A stretch of 64,000 nucleotides of DNA from Takakia lepidozioides. Its lineage: Eukaryota; Plantae; Bryophyta. The position numbers and the translations under genes were made by a program. This document shows positions 47,401-60,700 of this stretch, piece after piece. The stretch's first letter is position 1, and each line of letters begins with the position of its first letter. The notes beneath the pieces were generated by a model. The model was not told the origin of the DNA. It saw only the letters and a list, made by a program, of their open reading frames with translations, and made no database searches. The DNA lies in assembly GCA_030704615.1 (NCBI GenBank), contig CM060733.1, positions 62,372,001 through 62,436,000 on the forward strand. The letters are read 5' to 3'.

Positions 47401-50400
47401 GGGCTTTAGTCTATCTCTATCGTTTTACTGTCGTTTTAAATTTCTGTCAAACAGGCCAAGTCCTGGCAGAAGAGAGTAGAAGAGATTCTCAAGGACCTGG
47501 ACCTGGAACCGCAAGTCTTGACCCTGCTGGATAAATCTGACTTAGAGGCTGTAGTGTCCAAAGCCATGTCTGTTGCCATGAGATTGTCTGATGAAAATGA
47601 AGTTAGGCAGAAAACTTCCCTGAACTTGTTTCCAGTCAATGACATGGGGGAGGACATCTTGGATGACCTCAAGGGTCTACCCACTCTCGGCACTAGACTG
47701 AAATTTAAACTCAGGGCAGGAAGCCTCCCTTTGAACAGCAAACAGAAGCAGAGAGGAAAGGGAGAGTGCAATTGCCCGTTGTGTGGGCAATCTGAAGACA
47801 GTATTCATTTCTGATACACTGTCCGGGGTTCTCTCACCAAAGAGACGCTCGCTTCAAATCTATCAAGGGAATTGTGCCTGCACCTCTGTTTACCAACTTT
47901 GAAAGTCTCGAGGCTGAGCCAAAAGCCCAGGCCCTCCTGAGGCCTAGTTTTTGGGCAAATCACACACAGCAGATTGATGCTTGTGTGAAGGGATTTCTAG
48001 AGGACCCGGATTAATTCTATATATGAAGGTAAGTCTTACTACCAACGTCAGCCCCTGACAGAGGTAGGTTCTGTCCCTTTTGTTTCCGCTCAAACTGGGC
48101 GCGGGGTCAATGGCCACAAGGCTTACGGCAAACAACGTCTTATGAGTACAATCTATCGTTTTACAAAATCACTTCTTGTCAGTTGCCAGGACCCTGGGCA
48201 GGGTAAGGATGAAGAAGTTATGTTTGCAGGTCTTGTTACTTCCTTACGGTCACCCCTTATTTTTCTCTTGCTTGGTGGAAGGCAGGCTCTCCGCCTCACA
48301 AAATTTGACTACCGGTTGTCAAATAAGTTGGACCCAGATTGGCAAAAGCTGAGGTGTCGAACTAACTACAAGGTATAAAAATACATCAACAATCATTGGT
48401 CTGTACTGTTTCATTCTGCCAACATAGTACTATCTTTCCAGGAATGCTTCAAGATGTTCCTTAGCAACATGGTGGCATTGAGGCCACTTACATACAGTAG
48501 AATACAAAGCTTTTTCTAACTGGATTGGCTCACTTAGGGGAGTGTTTGGGCACTGTTGAGCTGAGTAGAATCCTTTTCCAGGCACTGCGTTTCACTAGGT
48601 CAATACAGGACATGGGGCAAGCCTTGGTGGACAGGATGAGGGTCAAGAGTGGGCGCTACATCGCATTGCATCTCAGGTGTTTTGTGTTCTGTGTTTCTCC
48701 TGTTCTCAAGGAAACTATGGTGTGGGTTGGTCAGAGCTTCTTCTCCTTGGTTTTCCTGTCTTCCAAGTGAATCTACCCAGGTGGTGTTTTTTCATCGCAA
48801 TTGATGTATACAGAATCGTGTTAGAAAGGCAGCATAGAATTCATCCTGCCTCTCCGAAGGGTCATCCAGTAGCCAGCTACATTGCATGGCCTCAGCAGGC
48901 AGGGATCAAGCATTTGCATTGCTGCTTCATATTTGGCCCAAATTCAGATAAGATTCTGACATTGTTTTCGCTTTTCCCCAACTTCCCCTAACAAGGCAAT
49001 TACTGCTAGAGGGATGGAGTTTAATGAGCGACAGTTCAACTGCTGGGTTAATAAACTGGCAGGATAGAAAATAATTATTATCCTCTTGACTTGGAGTCCT
49101 TTTTTCCTTTCACTTTGTTATGTTCCTAGGAAAGTTCCGGTGATCCACGTTTATGCACTATAAGCAATGTCAACATTGGACCATGTACTACTAAAGTATT
49201 TGTTTGCTGTTGTTTACTTTGGGTTGTATATAGCTACGAAGTTGATTTTGCCTGGAACTTTAGTGCTGAATTTGAAAGGTCTAGATCCTATTTGACGGAT
49301 GTACAGGTTCGAGTCTGACATGCTTGCATTCTCGGGCTGCTACTATGGCGGGGGTGAGAAGGAAAAGCAAGAGCTAGGTGCCATCCGCAAGCGCTGGAAG
49401 TCACTTCATGTATATGGCTTTATATGTCTCCCCTGTTTTTGTCATGCTCCAGGGAGTTGAAATATAGCTGGTGTGGAATATTTTTGCCCTCTTCCATTGA
49501 GGGGTTTTTCAGTCACTGAACATTCTCTACATCCTCTCCTTTAAATTATGATTGTAATGAGGGCACACCGAGTTTCCAGATCTCTTCTGTCCCAGCATTC
49601 ACAAGGAGGGTTACTGAGTTCTCCGTCTTGTTCTTCCTTTGCATATCATGTGGGTGAGAACCACATAACCAGCTATATTCCTCACAGGTGCATTAATATG
49701 AATCATTAGTGACATTCTATTCTCTCCCCATCCAAACTGTCCAGGGGGTCAATAGGTGCACACACTATTGCAATCAGTCTCCTGCCAAGAGATATGGAGA
49801 GATGGATTGAACTAGTTGCCTGACCTCCCTAGTTTCCTGGCTTTTGATATAATAGGGATATGGTCTTGTTCTCTTTTCTGAAGTAGTGGCCTGAGTGACC
49901 TCTGGCCTCTACTTGCTTGCGATCTCCATTTTGTCATTAGGAGTCTCACTAGTCCTCGCTTCTCTCCATGATGGACATAATAAATCTTTCTGTTTTTTGT
50001 GCTTTCCTACGTACAGTATCACAACCCAGACAAGGAGCGGCGAAACGGAAAATGCCCTCTGACCCCTAAAGAAGTGGGTCTCATGCTACGGGCACTGGGG
50101 TATGGCAATGATTCTTATTTATATGTGGCATCTGGCGAGGTCTACAATGGGGAGGAAACACTGGCGCCGTTAAAGGCCCTTTTCCCCAACTTTTTAACAA
50201 AAGACACACTGGCAAAAAGGTGGGAATTGAGGCCCTTCACGAGGTTTTCTTCACGGATGGCAGCTATTGATTATATTGTGTGCTCGCAGAGTGATGTGTT
50301 TGTGACCAACAACAACGGGAATATGGCCCGCATTTTGGCAGGCGAGAGGTATGTCTAGGTCTTGAACTGTGATGCTTCTACCCACGCACCATTGAGTTGA

Positions 50401-53340
50401 CTCTCTCCCTTCACACAGTCTGTGTGATATAGGAAGAAAATTTAGGCTGGCTGAAATGATGGTCAAGTTGCCCACCTTGACCCAGTAAGGCTATAGGCAT
50501 GGCCTATTTTTTACAGACACTTCAAACATACGAATGCAAGCTTGTGGTTCCCAGAGGACCGAATTTCCTTAGGTGTCCCCCATTAGGCAAAGTGTAGACA
50601 GGCTTGCCTGGGGTTACACGGACGTCCAGTAGCAGATTTGCACCCAGGACCACCTACAGTGTGGCAAGAGTGCCCTGACTGCAGACCTGACTGTTTAAGT
50701 CTCATATAATACAAACAGCCAGCAGCTCTTCTAAACGGATGGAGGACAGATTTCCAAGGATTAAAAACCACTGGTAGTGGAAGTGGTGGGAAAAGGGTTA
50801 GATTGTACTCATAAGACGTTGTTTGCCGTAGCCTTGTGGCCATTGACCCGCGCCCAGTTTGAGCGGAACATAAAGGGACAGAGCCTACCTCAGTCAGGGG
50901 CTAACGTCGGTAGTAAGACTTACCTTGATAAAGGACATTGATTCGGGTTTTCCAGATATCCTCTAGAAATCCCTTCACACAAGCATCAATCTGCTGTGTG
51001 TGGTTTGCCCAGTACCTAGGCCCCAGAAGGGCCTGGACTTTTGGCTCAGCCTCGAGACTTTCAAAGTTGGTAAACATAGGTACAGGCACAATTCTCTTGA
51101 TAGATTGGAGGAGAGCGTCTCTCTGATGAGAGTACTCCGGACAGTGAATCAGAAAATGAATATTGTCTTCGGGTTGCCCACACAATGGGCAATTGCACTC
51201 TCCCTTTCCTCTCTGCTTCTGTTTACTGTTCAAAGGTAGGCTTCCTGCCCTGAGTTTAAATTTCATTCTGGTGCCGAGAGTGGGTAGACCCTTGAGGTCA
51301 TCCGTGATATCCTCCCCCACGCCACAGACTGGAAACAGGTTCAGGGAAGTTTTCTGCCTAACTTCAATTTCATCAGACAATTTCCTGGTAACAGACATGG
51401 CTTTGGACACTACAGTCTCTAAGTCAGATTTATCCAGTAAGGTCAAGACTTGCGGGTCCAGATTCAGATCCTTGAGAATCTCTTCTACTCTCTTCTGCCA
51501 GGACTTAGCCTGTTTGACAGGGCGGTCCTGTTTCCAAGATATAGAGTCGATTAACTTAGGATATCTGGTGTTGGACATGTGTTGCAACTGACCCCACCAT
51601 CTGACCTTGAATTCATCTCGTCGGGAGCTAAGGAAGGGATGCCAAACTCACCCCGAACAGCCACAGGTGAGAGCATAGAAGTTATGGACAACTCTCCACA
51701 TTTTTCCCTTGATCCCGCAAGACCAGAGGCGGAGCCATAGGCCATCTCTCCACACTGTGTCATAAGCCTTTTTGACATCCACGAAGAAAACATAAGTGGG
51801 TTTCCCTTCTTTTTTCCTTCCCTGGATAATCTGGCTTAAAGTGAAGATATGATCCACACAGCCCCTGTTTCGCGGGAAGCCAGCTTGGCCTTCGGGAAAA
51901 CAACCTCTAGATTCCAGATCAACCTCAAGAGGAGTACTTATAACTCTGCAAAATATCTTGCCAACAGCATTGAGAAGCGTGATGCCCCGATAGTTCCCCG
52001 GGTCTTCTCTGTCACCCTTCTTATATAGATTGACAATGACCCCCTGTCGCCAGCGAAAGGGGATCATTTCAGTTTTCCAGATAAGGTTAAAGAGGAGAAC
52101 TAGGGCCTCTATCATGGGATCGCCACCGTGCTTGATAAGCTCGTTGACTATGCCATCAGGACCACCTGCTTTATATCCATTTAGATGTTCAATTGCTTCC
52201 ACAATCTCAGAAGAGAACTAATGGGAGCGTTGTAGGCCTTTGAAATGTTCTCCCTGGGAAAAGGGTTAGAAAGAGAGACACTGAAACTTGTACAGCAAAA
52301 AGTGGAAGCACTTTCACTTTCGATGGGCCATTGTATCAGGCACCTAGCATAGTGAGTGTGTTGTTATATCAACTTACAAATGTTCAGTAATGTGATTTTG
52401 TTCATATAGTCTTAGGTCTGGGGACTAGTACCAGCATACAATGATAGCTGCTTACCTGTGCCACCATGTGAGTTCTGCCGTGGCACATTGGAGTATGGTC
52501 ATTCTAATCAATATTGAGCTCGTGATTGCAGGCGTTTTAATGGCCACCAACGTACAATCCGGCCCAATGCTAAGAAGCTTGGGCATTTGTTTCCTGTCTT
52601 TGATACTATGCCTTGGGACGAATTTGCCAGCCAAGTGCGACGTTATCAGAAGGGTTTCATGGGAGACCCAATGGAGGTGATATTTTTGTTTCTCCACCAG
52701 TTACAGAAAGGAATGTTTGTGTTGCTATAAGCTGGCGTCCAAACTGGACCGGCAGCTGACCACAGGGAACGGCCCTGTGGTGTTACGTATAAATGCTTGC
52801 CATTGAAAGTATGGAGAAAGTGAGGGAGTCCCATGGTCACCTCCTGTGTTGCAATCTTGCAGAGTGTCCACATCACTGTTGCTTGTTCTGAATCTCCTAT
52901 TAGCTGTATATTTAAATTGCTCTTACTTGAAATTATACTTACATCAGGTGAGAGCTGGCCGAGGGGAGTTCCATGAGAACCCTGCAGTATGTATATGCGA
53001 GAAACCAGAAGCAAAGGAGCGGTTGGCAGTCTTAAAGCAGCAGCAGGATGCAAAACACCGTTCCCGTGATAAAGTAGAGGGTGTGAAGGAGGTGCATGAA
53101 AGTGTAGAGTTGAGGACGTCAGACCCTGTTATACCAGTTGAGGACACAATGGAAGAGGATTATAGTGATGAGAATGATGATCTCCCAATGATTATTGAGG
53201 ATGACCAGTCAACTGCTAATGATGGGGAGGGGTCAGAGGAGTTGTTGCTGGAGTCAAAAGACCCAGGCAGTAACGAGGGTGGGCTACAGAGCACAGAAGA
53301 CAGTGATACAGCTGATGATGTGCCTTACGACTTGGATTAG
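44424..53340 (+). CDS. O-fucosyltransferase family protein (plant GT106/DUF246), type II membrane protein, 11 exons
   Basis: Exons with GT-AG sites and consistent phase: 44424-44618, 45776-45866, 46265-46338, 46663-46751, 47061-47250, 48286-48372, 48582-48676, 49307-49409, 50017-50348, 52532-52676, 52948-53340. Motifs NGYLFIEASGGLNQQRTG, IALHLRFESDMLAFSGC, GKCPLTPKEVGLMLRALG, GNMARILAGERR, EFHENPAVCIC. Confidence 0.95.
47429..48151 (+). mobile_element. 5'-truncated RTEX-like LINE in intron 5
   Basis: [19 protein letters not shown] zinc finger; TSD TCTATCGTTTTAC at 47416-47428 and 48152-48164. Confidence 0.9.
50803..52254 (-). mobile_element. RTEX-like LINE in intron 9, 5'-truncated and internally deleted
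   Basis: RT N-terminus (KAGGPDGI, NYRGITLL, QAGF, DVKKAYD) and C-terminal CPLC..H...C; TSD TGGGAAAAGGGTTAGA at 50787-50802 and 52255-52270. Confidence 0.93.
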
Positions 53341-53799
53341 CACCCATGAATTAGGAACGCGTAACCTATGATCCAATATCTAGATGTAGATAAAATGACA
53401 ACGGAACAAAGTACGATGTCCATATGAACTGCTCGCATTGGGGTACAATTCTTTCCGCCAAAGAGAAGTATGTGACCAGAGAATTCCTCAGTTTTTTGCT
53501 GAATATATGCAGAGATGGTGCCCATGAAGTACCTGCAGACTTTACTGGATTTGAGGTCCAAACAAGATAATAAGCTGTGAGACGATTTCACATGGATTGG
53601 CATGAGGGTCCTGCTCCTAAGGAAAACCTGTGTTTAGAGTTTGGGGTACATGAGGACAGGAGGACAGGCAGTAACTTCAACTTGTGTGTGTTCAGAGCCA
53701 CCTGTTGGCACTGGAGAATGTTACCTCAAAGTTTGCCATGATGTTTCTGCCACTAATGGAAAAAGGGTTCTCAGATCATTCATTTGTATGACATTTACC

Positions 53800-54150
53800 C
53801 CATGTATTCAAACATTGTGATTTGAATGAGCCATCCTCACTGTCTTCCACCAGTCTACCCAAAAGCCTCCGGAAGGTGTGATGGGGGGGAGCGTACCTCC
53901 TCCTTACCATCAAATAAGTTTTTCTCTCTTCTTTTCCAGAGGATTGGTTCATAGGAAGGAATTTCCGATAGTTGGGATAGATCATCTTTTGTAGATTGGT
54001 GGAGTAGCATGCATCAAGTTCATCCCACAATGCAGACATGCATGCTACCACCCTTTTGTTTGAAGTCCAGAGCAAACATGGGGACCTGAAACCCAAAGCC
54101 ACAATATTATACATTATTGTGGAATGAATCACATATGGCAGCATCGTAAG
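53800..54150 (-). pseudogene. CACTA tnpD (Transposase_21-like) relic in the intergenic region
   Basis: Frameshifted SGLQTKG..C..CG..YSTNLQKMIYPNYRKFLP..FDGKEE.R.PP. Confidence 0.6.
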
Positions 54151-54719
54151 TTTTGACCATGCAAGTTTTGCTTATAGTTGACATTGCCTCTTCGAAGATG
54201 ATGTTTGACGAGAGGATAAGACATGCCTCATACTAGAGGGGGGCACTTTCTTCTCCTGTCTCTTGCAAATGCAGAACTAACTCATGGTAGTGGATATTGT
54301 TTTGCTGAGCTCCTCTGGTAAATATTAAGAAATTGTGATAGCAATTTGCAAAGCACACTGTAGCGTGTCGGAAGGTGCAGGATTTCTCCTCTACTTCATG
54401 CTGGCATGAAATCATGTTATATTGTGCAGATTAAGCTGTGTGAACGTGCGCGAGCTTTGCATAGTCTCCTTACACTGAAGAAAAGACAGGTAAATAAATA
54501 CAGCAAAAACTTCCAGCTTTGAGAAAAATGGAAATTGAGGTAAAAGCCAATGCAATGTCATTGTCTGCTTGCTTGAAGCAAAACAAACAAGCTAAAGCTC
54601 AAAAACTAGTGAATTTACAATCCTCACATCTGGTGGGAGAAACCAGTTTCATTGAGGAAGACAGCCAGCACAAACAATGAACCCATGCTTTCCCAACGAT
54701 AACTAAACCACACAGCCAA

Positions 54720-57700
54720 TCACGCAATAGTGAAAGCACGCAACACCTCAACAATGGGAGCACGACACATTGGACATTTGCCACTGTTTTGTAGCATTTC
54801 ATTTGCACACTGCAGGCAAGTGCACATGTGACCACACCTGCATCCCCACCACTTCCTTCATCAGCCATACCCCATGGTGATGGAACCAATGTTTAGGTAG
54901 TAAAGTTCACCTCTTCTTATTGTCTTTTTTTTCTGGACCATTTTATCACAACAAATACCTTTCTTTTAGTGCCTGGCTACTCCTCTGGTGTGTACTTGGC
55001 GGGGCAGTGCTTTAGTGGCCAGAGGCAGGCCCATGGTTTACCGTCCACAGGAGTATAAAAGCAGAGCACACATGTGAAAGCAAACAACACATCTGTACTG
55101 ACACACTCCACCAAATTAAATTGAGGGAAGGAGGGACGACCTGTACAGAAGGGAATTGATGTGTTTGTCACAACAAATACAGCATGTTCCCTTTTTCACT
55201 GATCCCCATTGGGACCCATCCAGCGCCTCCTCTGGTATATCTGCACATATAGCCGTAACTTAAATTTTCACAACTTCTACTGATACTTTTCTTGTTCTCA
55301 CACCAAGACACTGTAAAAGCAGTGGTCGCGCTACCAGGCTGTACCTTTGCCAGCATACATTTGCTGGAGTGCCCCTGCCACCTCTTGCCTCACAGAGCGC
55401 TGCAGCTCGTACTGCATGTCCATGCATGCCTCCAGCAAGCGCCGCATCTCACTCATGCCCTGGTGTAGCTGCGCTATATCCTTCCTCAGATCAAAATTAC
55501 TACCAACCTCCCATTCCTGCATGTGATTCAAGCATCAGTCCACAGGCCAGTCTGCTACAGATCTAAACAAAAAAAAAGTGAGCTCCAAAAATGCAGGTGA
55601 ATGCTGCAAAGCAGAAGTTTCATAAGAATATGCAGAGAATCGTAGTGATAAACAACAATATTTTGATTGCAAGACAGAAGGATGATGATGTCCATGCCCA
55701 GCCTTGCAAAATCCGCACATATAATGATTGCATCAACAAGTGAGTGAGAAGCTACCTGTAGCAGTAGGCTGTCAGCAACAAGCACAGAAACATGAAAGCG
55801 TCCAAGATATATTTTGGCACTCCAAGTAAGAGCTTTCAATCTTAGCAAACTGCTAATATGGCAGGTTGCCAAGCTCAGAGCCGAGGCTCAATGATGTTCT
55901 AGATTTACTGTATAACCAGTGCATAATCTAAGATAAAACGTAGTGCCAGACGGCTCTTGTTACCGGATGGCATCTAAGATCACACTTACCAGGTCCCTAG
56001 TGCGCTGTACAGAGGGCTGTGTCCAAGCTACGTGTTGCCATGCAGGTTGAGGTGGCTGTGGCGGCAGAGGAGGGGGGGGGGAGGGGATAAGTAATGGTGA
56101 GGTGTCAGGCCATGCTCCAGCTTGCTCTTGTTGTTGTGAACGCCATGGCCAGGAACGAGGGCTACGTGCCTGCCTGTGAATGAGGGACCTGATTAGCTGA
56201 TCCAGGCGATCTCGAAAATCGCTGGCCAATATCGTGGTCACGCTTCGCCTGCATCACAAGGAGCAATGTGCCTTTAGCAGATCTGCACAAAATATACAAA
56301 TAACGTCATCTTTATCACCATCCCAAGTATGGCAGACTTGAACATGCACATTAACCTCCATGCCACACCTAAGGGAAATTGCAGATCCATTAAAATGTTA
56401 CAGGTGCACGCAGAGCTGAATGCAACTACCTGCCAAGAAGCTCACGAAGTTCGGTGCTGTATGAAGTGGCCTCAGAGTCCACCCTCTGGGCAGCTGCAAC
56501 TGCTTGCCAATCCGTACTCATTCCATGTCCAGGCCCCTCTACATAATTTGCAACTTCCTGTTGGCGCCTCCTTTGAAATGGTGCGTGTGAGCTCATCGGT
56601 GTGGCAAGAGATCTTGAATTCACTTGGCCCCTTACAATAGTCTCTAATCTGAAGCGAAAACCTTCCCTGAAAATAATGTTTTCTTTCAATCAGAAGTAGA
56701 CTTTAGGTTGGCATAACCTTATACATACCCCTGTTGTCAACCTTACTCACTCTAGCAAAGCAAACACTTCAATACACACCCAATCCATCTTCAAAATGAG
56801 TTGCAACTGACCTATATGAGCCCGTGACAAGTGCATGCAAAACAATTCAGCTCTGTCACCAGGGTTAAACGCAGTGACAAACCGCAATCCAGAAAGTACG
56901 CCTCAATGTGCACAAACAGGATGATTTTTCCAGGTGGGGAACCCAATTGTGACTTGGGTTTATCACATCATTGGAAATGTAGCCCGTTGGTGTTTCCTGT
57001 GTGTTACAACAATTTAAATTCAGATGAGTGCTTCAAGTCAATGCTGAGTCAAAACCCCTTTCTCTCTCTCTTGATCTTGGGCTGGTTATTGTCCTTTATG
57101 ATCTTGGTTACTTAGTCTCAGATTCTCTTTCCCTAATCTAAAATTTTTCGGGAGTAGGCCCAAATTGGACACGTGGCATAACCATAATTCTTTTGAATAG
57201 GTGCGACTTTAAAATGCAGTATACTGTCTTTTTCTATTGAGCTTTGGCTTCAAAATCAAGTTAGTTGCCGTTGATTTCTACAAATGTTCTACTGAAATAT
57301 TTGAGGTGCCTCAAAGCTACCCAATTCAGTATTGTTCTCTCCCATAACTGTAAACTGAGGATCAACTTGGTTTCAACCTTTGCATATCTCAGGATTCTTA
57401 TTTGAGCAAACTTGCAACTGTGAATGTTTACAACTTGAGATTTGTAGGACTGACTCACTCCAGTATCTATAATGAAGGAGCTGGAACAACTCCAGGTATA
57501 TGTCATTTTCAAACTGAAAGTGATTGAAGAGTCCTGACATTACTCCGGAAAGCCCAGTTGGAACTTCCTTTTGTTCCCATAGGTCTTTGAGTATCCACTT
57601 GACGGGATAATGTTTCTTTCTTCCTCACTCTCTTTCTCTGTGGAAGGTAAGTGATACTACCGGTGTCAGTCCCTGACAAAGGTAGTTTCTGTCCATTTGT

Positions 57701-60700
57701 GTTCCGCTCAAACTGGGCGTGGGGTCAATGGCCACAAGGCTACGGCAAACAATGTCTTATGAGTACATTCTCTTTCTCTGTGAAACATTCAAGTCGAAAG
57801 TGGCGCATACACAAATCTCAGAAGGAAGAGGTCCAGACAGAATGTCCAGGCATTAAATGAGGCTCTCCCACACTTTATCCAATCACTCCAAGACTTCTCA
57901 TCCTGTTTAGGTGACCCCTTCTCTAAACCTTATTTGGCAGACTGAAGTCATTCCCTTTCGTCGGAGACAGGGAGTCATTGTCAATCTGTGTAAGAAAGGT
58001 GACAGAGTAAAGCCTGGGAACTATGGCGGCATCGCGCTTCTTAGCGCAGCTGGGAGCTAATTTGTAGGATAGTAAGCACCCATCACGAGGTTGATCTCGA
58101 GTCTAGAGGTGGTTTTCAAATGTCAAAACGCTTATGACACAGTATGACGTGATGGGCTGTGGCTCTGGCTTTGGTGGAGGATGGTTCACGACCTGTATGT
58201 GAACACCAAAAGCTGTGTTGCGGTTAATGGACAAAAGTCTTACTCCTTTGATATTGATCAAGGTGTAGCACAAGATTGTATACTCCCCCCACTGCTCTTC
58301 AATGTTTACATTAATCAGCTTCTTGAAGATGTGGAAAGTGAGGGGTTTGGGTTAAAGGTGGGTGAGGCCACCATACCAGCTCTTATGTTTGCGGACGACT
58401 TCACAGGCCTAGGGGATAACCCATCTAATCTCCAGGAGTTGATTAATTGTGCGAAGAGGTTCTTTGACATGTGGAAGCTAGAAGCTAATGTTAGTAGATG
58501 CGCAGTGGTGGCATTCAAGGACCGTGGGAAGGGAGGAGCGGATCTCAAATGGAAATAGGGTAATGGAGAAATCCCTGTACTCCCTTTGTACACATACCTT
58601 GGTGTTGAGTTTTCCTCCAGCTGCAACCGGGATGCGTATATACAAAAAGTGATTCAATCAGTCAAACGCAAAGCTTTGGATCTCACTAAAATTTTCCACT
58701 GCAGAGGGATTAATACTGAAGTTAAAGGACCATGCTTTGCAACGTTATTATGCCTGCCTTGGAGTACGCATCTGCTGTGTGGGTTGACAATTCCAACCAT
58801 GCTAAATCTCTAGAATCCATTCAGGTCGTGGTGCTCAAAGAAAGAATGTCGGCATGTTCTAGAACAGCTAATGTGGCTGTTCGGGGCGAGTTTGGCATAC
58901 CTCCCTTAAGCTCTCGACGTGACGAATTCAAGGTCAGATGGTGGGGTCAGTTGAATCACATGTCTAATACCAGATATCCTAAGGTAATCAATGCAATTTC
59001 TTGGAAGCAAGACCATCCTGCTAAAAGGCGCAGTCTTGGCGGAGATTTTCAAGTATCTAAATATTAGTCCAGAAAAATTGACCCTACTGGATGAAGCTGA
59101 CCTGGAGGGTGTTGTGTCCAAAGCTGTCTGATGCAAAGACTGTCCCATGAAAATGAAGTTAGGCATAAGATTTCCCTGAACTTGTTTCCAGTCTGTGACA
59201 TGGGCAAAGAACTTAAGGATGATCTGAAGGGCCTACCTACCCTCGGCACTGGACTGAAATTTTTAAACTCAGGGCGGGGAGCCTAGCATTGAACAATAAA
59301 CAGATGCAGAGAGGAAAAGGAGACTGTAATTGCCAGATGTGCGGGCAACCTGAAGAAAATATCCATTTTCTGATACATTGTCCGAGGTATTCTCACCAGA
59401 GAGTGACCCTCTTCAGGAACATAAAGAACATGGTTCCTGCACTTCTGTTCACCAACTTTCAAAACCTCAAGACTGAGCCTAAAGCCCTGGAACTGTTGGG
59501 TCTAACTTTTGGACTGCTCACACACAGCAGATTGAAGGTTGTGTGAAGGGCATATCTGGAAAGCCCAAACAACTTGTTTGTATCAAGGTAAGTCACATTA
59601 CTGGAATGACCCTCTCACAAAGGCAGTGCCTATTCCCTACGTTTCCGTCCAAACTGGGAGCGGGGTCTATGGTCACAAGGCTGCAGCAGACAAAGTCTTA
59701 CGACTCACAGAGCAAACTAATGGTGTTTCATTGTGATCGAAGGTGGGGGAAAGCACAATGTGTTAAGACGAGTTCCAGTTACTAGTAAAATAATCTGGAC
59801 CAACTGTGTGCTTCTAATACTACCTCTCATTGCCATCAAAACTGTGTATTCTCAGCTAGTTTAAAAACATGGCTCTTAGATGTTAGCAGTGAGTGCCAAA
59901 TCCATGAAGTTACAAGAGAGAAAGGTGGATAGCCACAGAAAGTAGTTAGAATTAGAAATTACCTCAGCCTACTGACAGCTCGCTGTTGCTGGAGCTGCCC
60001 TAATTCCCTGGAGGCTGATGAACGTGTCCTGTGTTCTGCATTGCTGGAAATTGTGCGCAAAAATCTTCCCCGGAGCAAAGACTGGAGGGCATGCCATTGA
60101 TGTCAATCAGTTGATATTCCAATATTGTGATCCAATGAAGCATAACTCCTTGCTAAGGAACCTCTGGAGACACAAAGACACTGACCTCTTACCTGACCAA
60201 TTCCAAATGAATTCTTTGTGCAATAAGAGGTGAACTACACCGAGGTACAAGTCAATTTCTTTGACCACATAATTGCCACTCTCAAAAAGGACTTGTCCAA
60301 GATATGAGCAGTACTGAAAACTGAATAGCTAAGAGTTCAGATGGGCAACTAATACCTGGAGGCGACTGCGTTGGCTAAACTGTGAGACAGCACGAAGATC
60401 CAGTAGCCTGTCCAACTCCCATTGCCGTTCCCCCTCTGTTCTCATTAGTAATTGTAACACCCTGTGGGTATCATGCTCACGGTCCATACCAAAGCCTTGT
60501 CTGAGTTGTTGAGGGTCTAAACATCCAAATGAATTGCTCTCCAACAGTATATCCTGTTGGCTTTCTGTAGCTCCGATGCCTGATTGTTGTGAACCGTCCC
60601 TGGCTTCAAAGTCAGGTTGACTGCTAGTTTGCACCCACGGCCTCCCCAACTGCCTCACTCTTTCCTGTTCATTGTGGCCCACCCCTGGATCCCTGTTGTT

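Noticed and set aside
48050-48150. Hammerhead ribozyme in the LINE 3' UTR (CTGACAGAG / CTGACTGAG)
   Set aside because: Core spacing does not fit CUGAnGA and no properly placed GAAA or stem III is seen.
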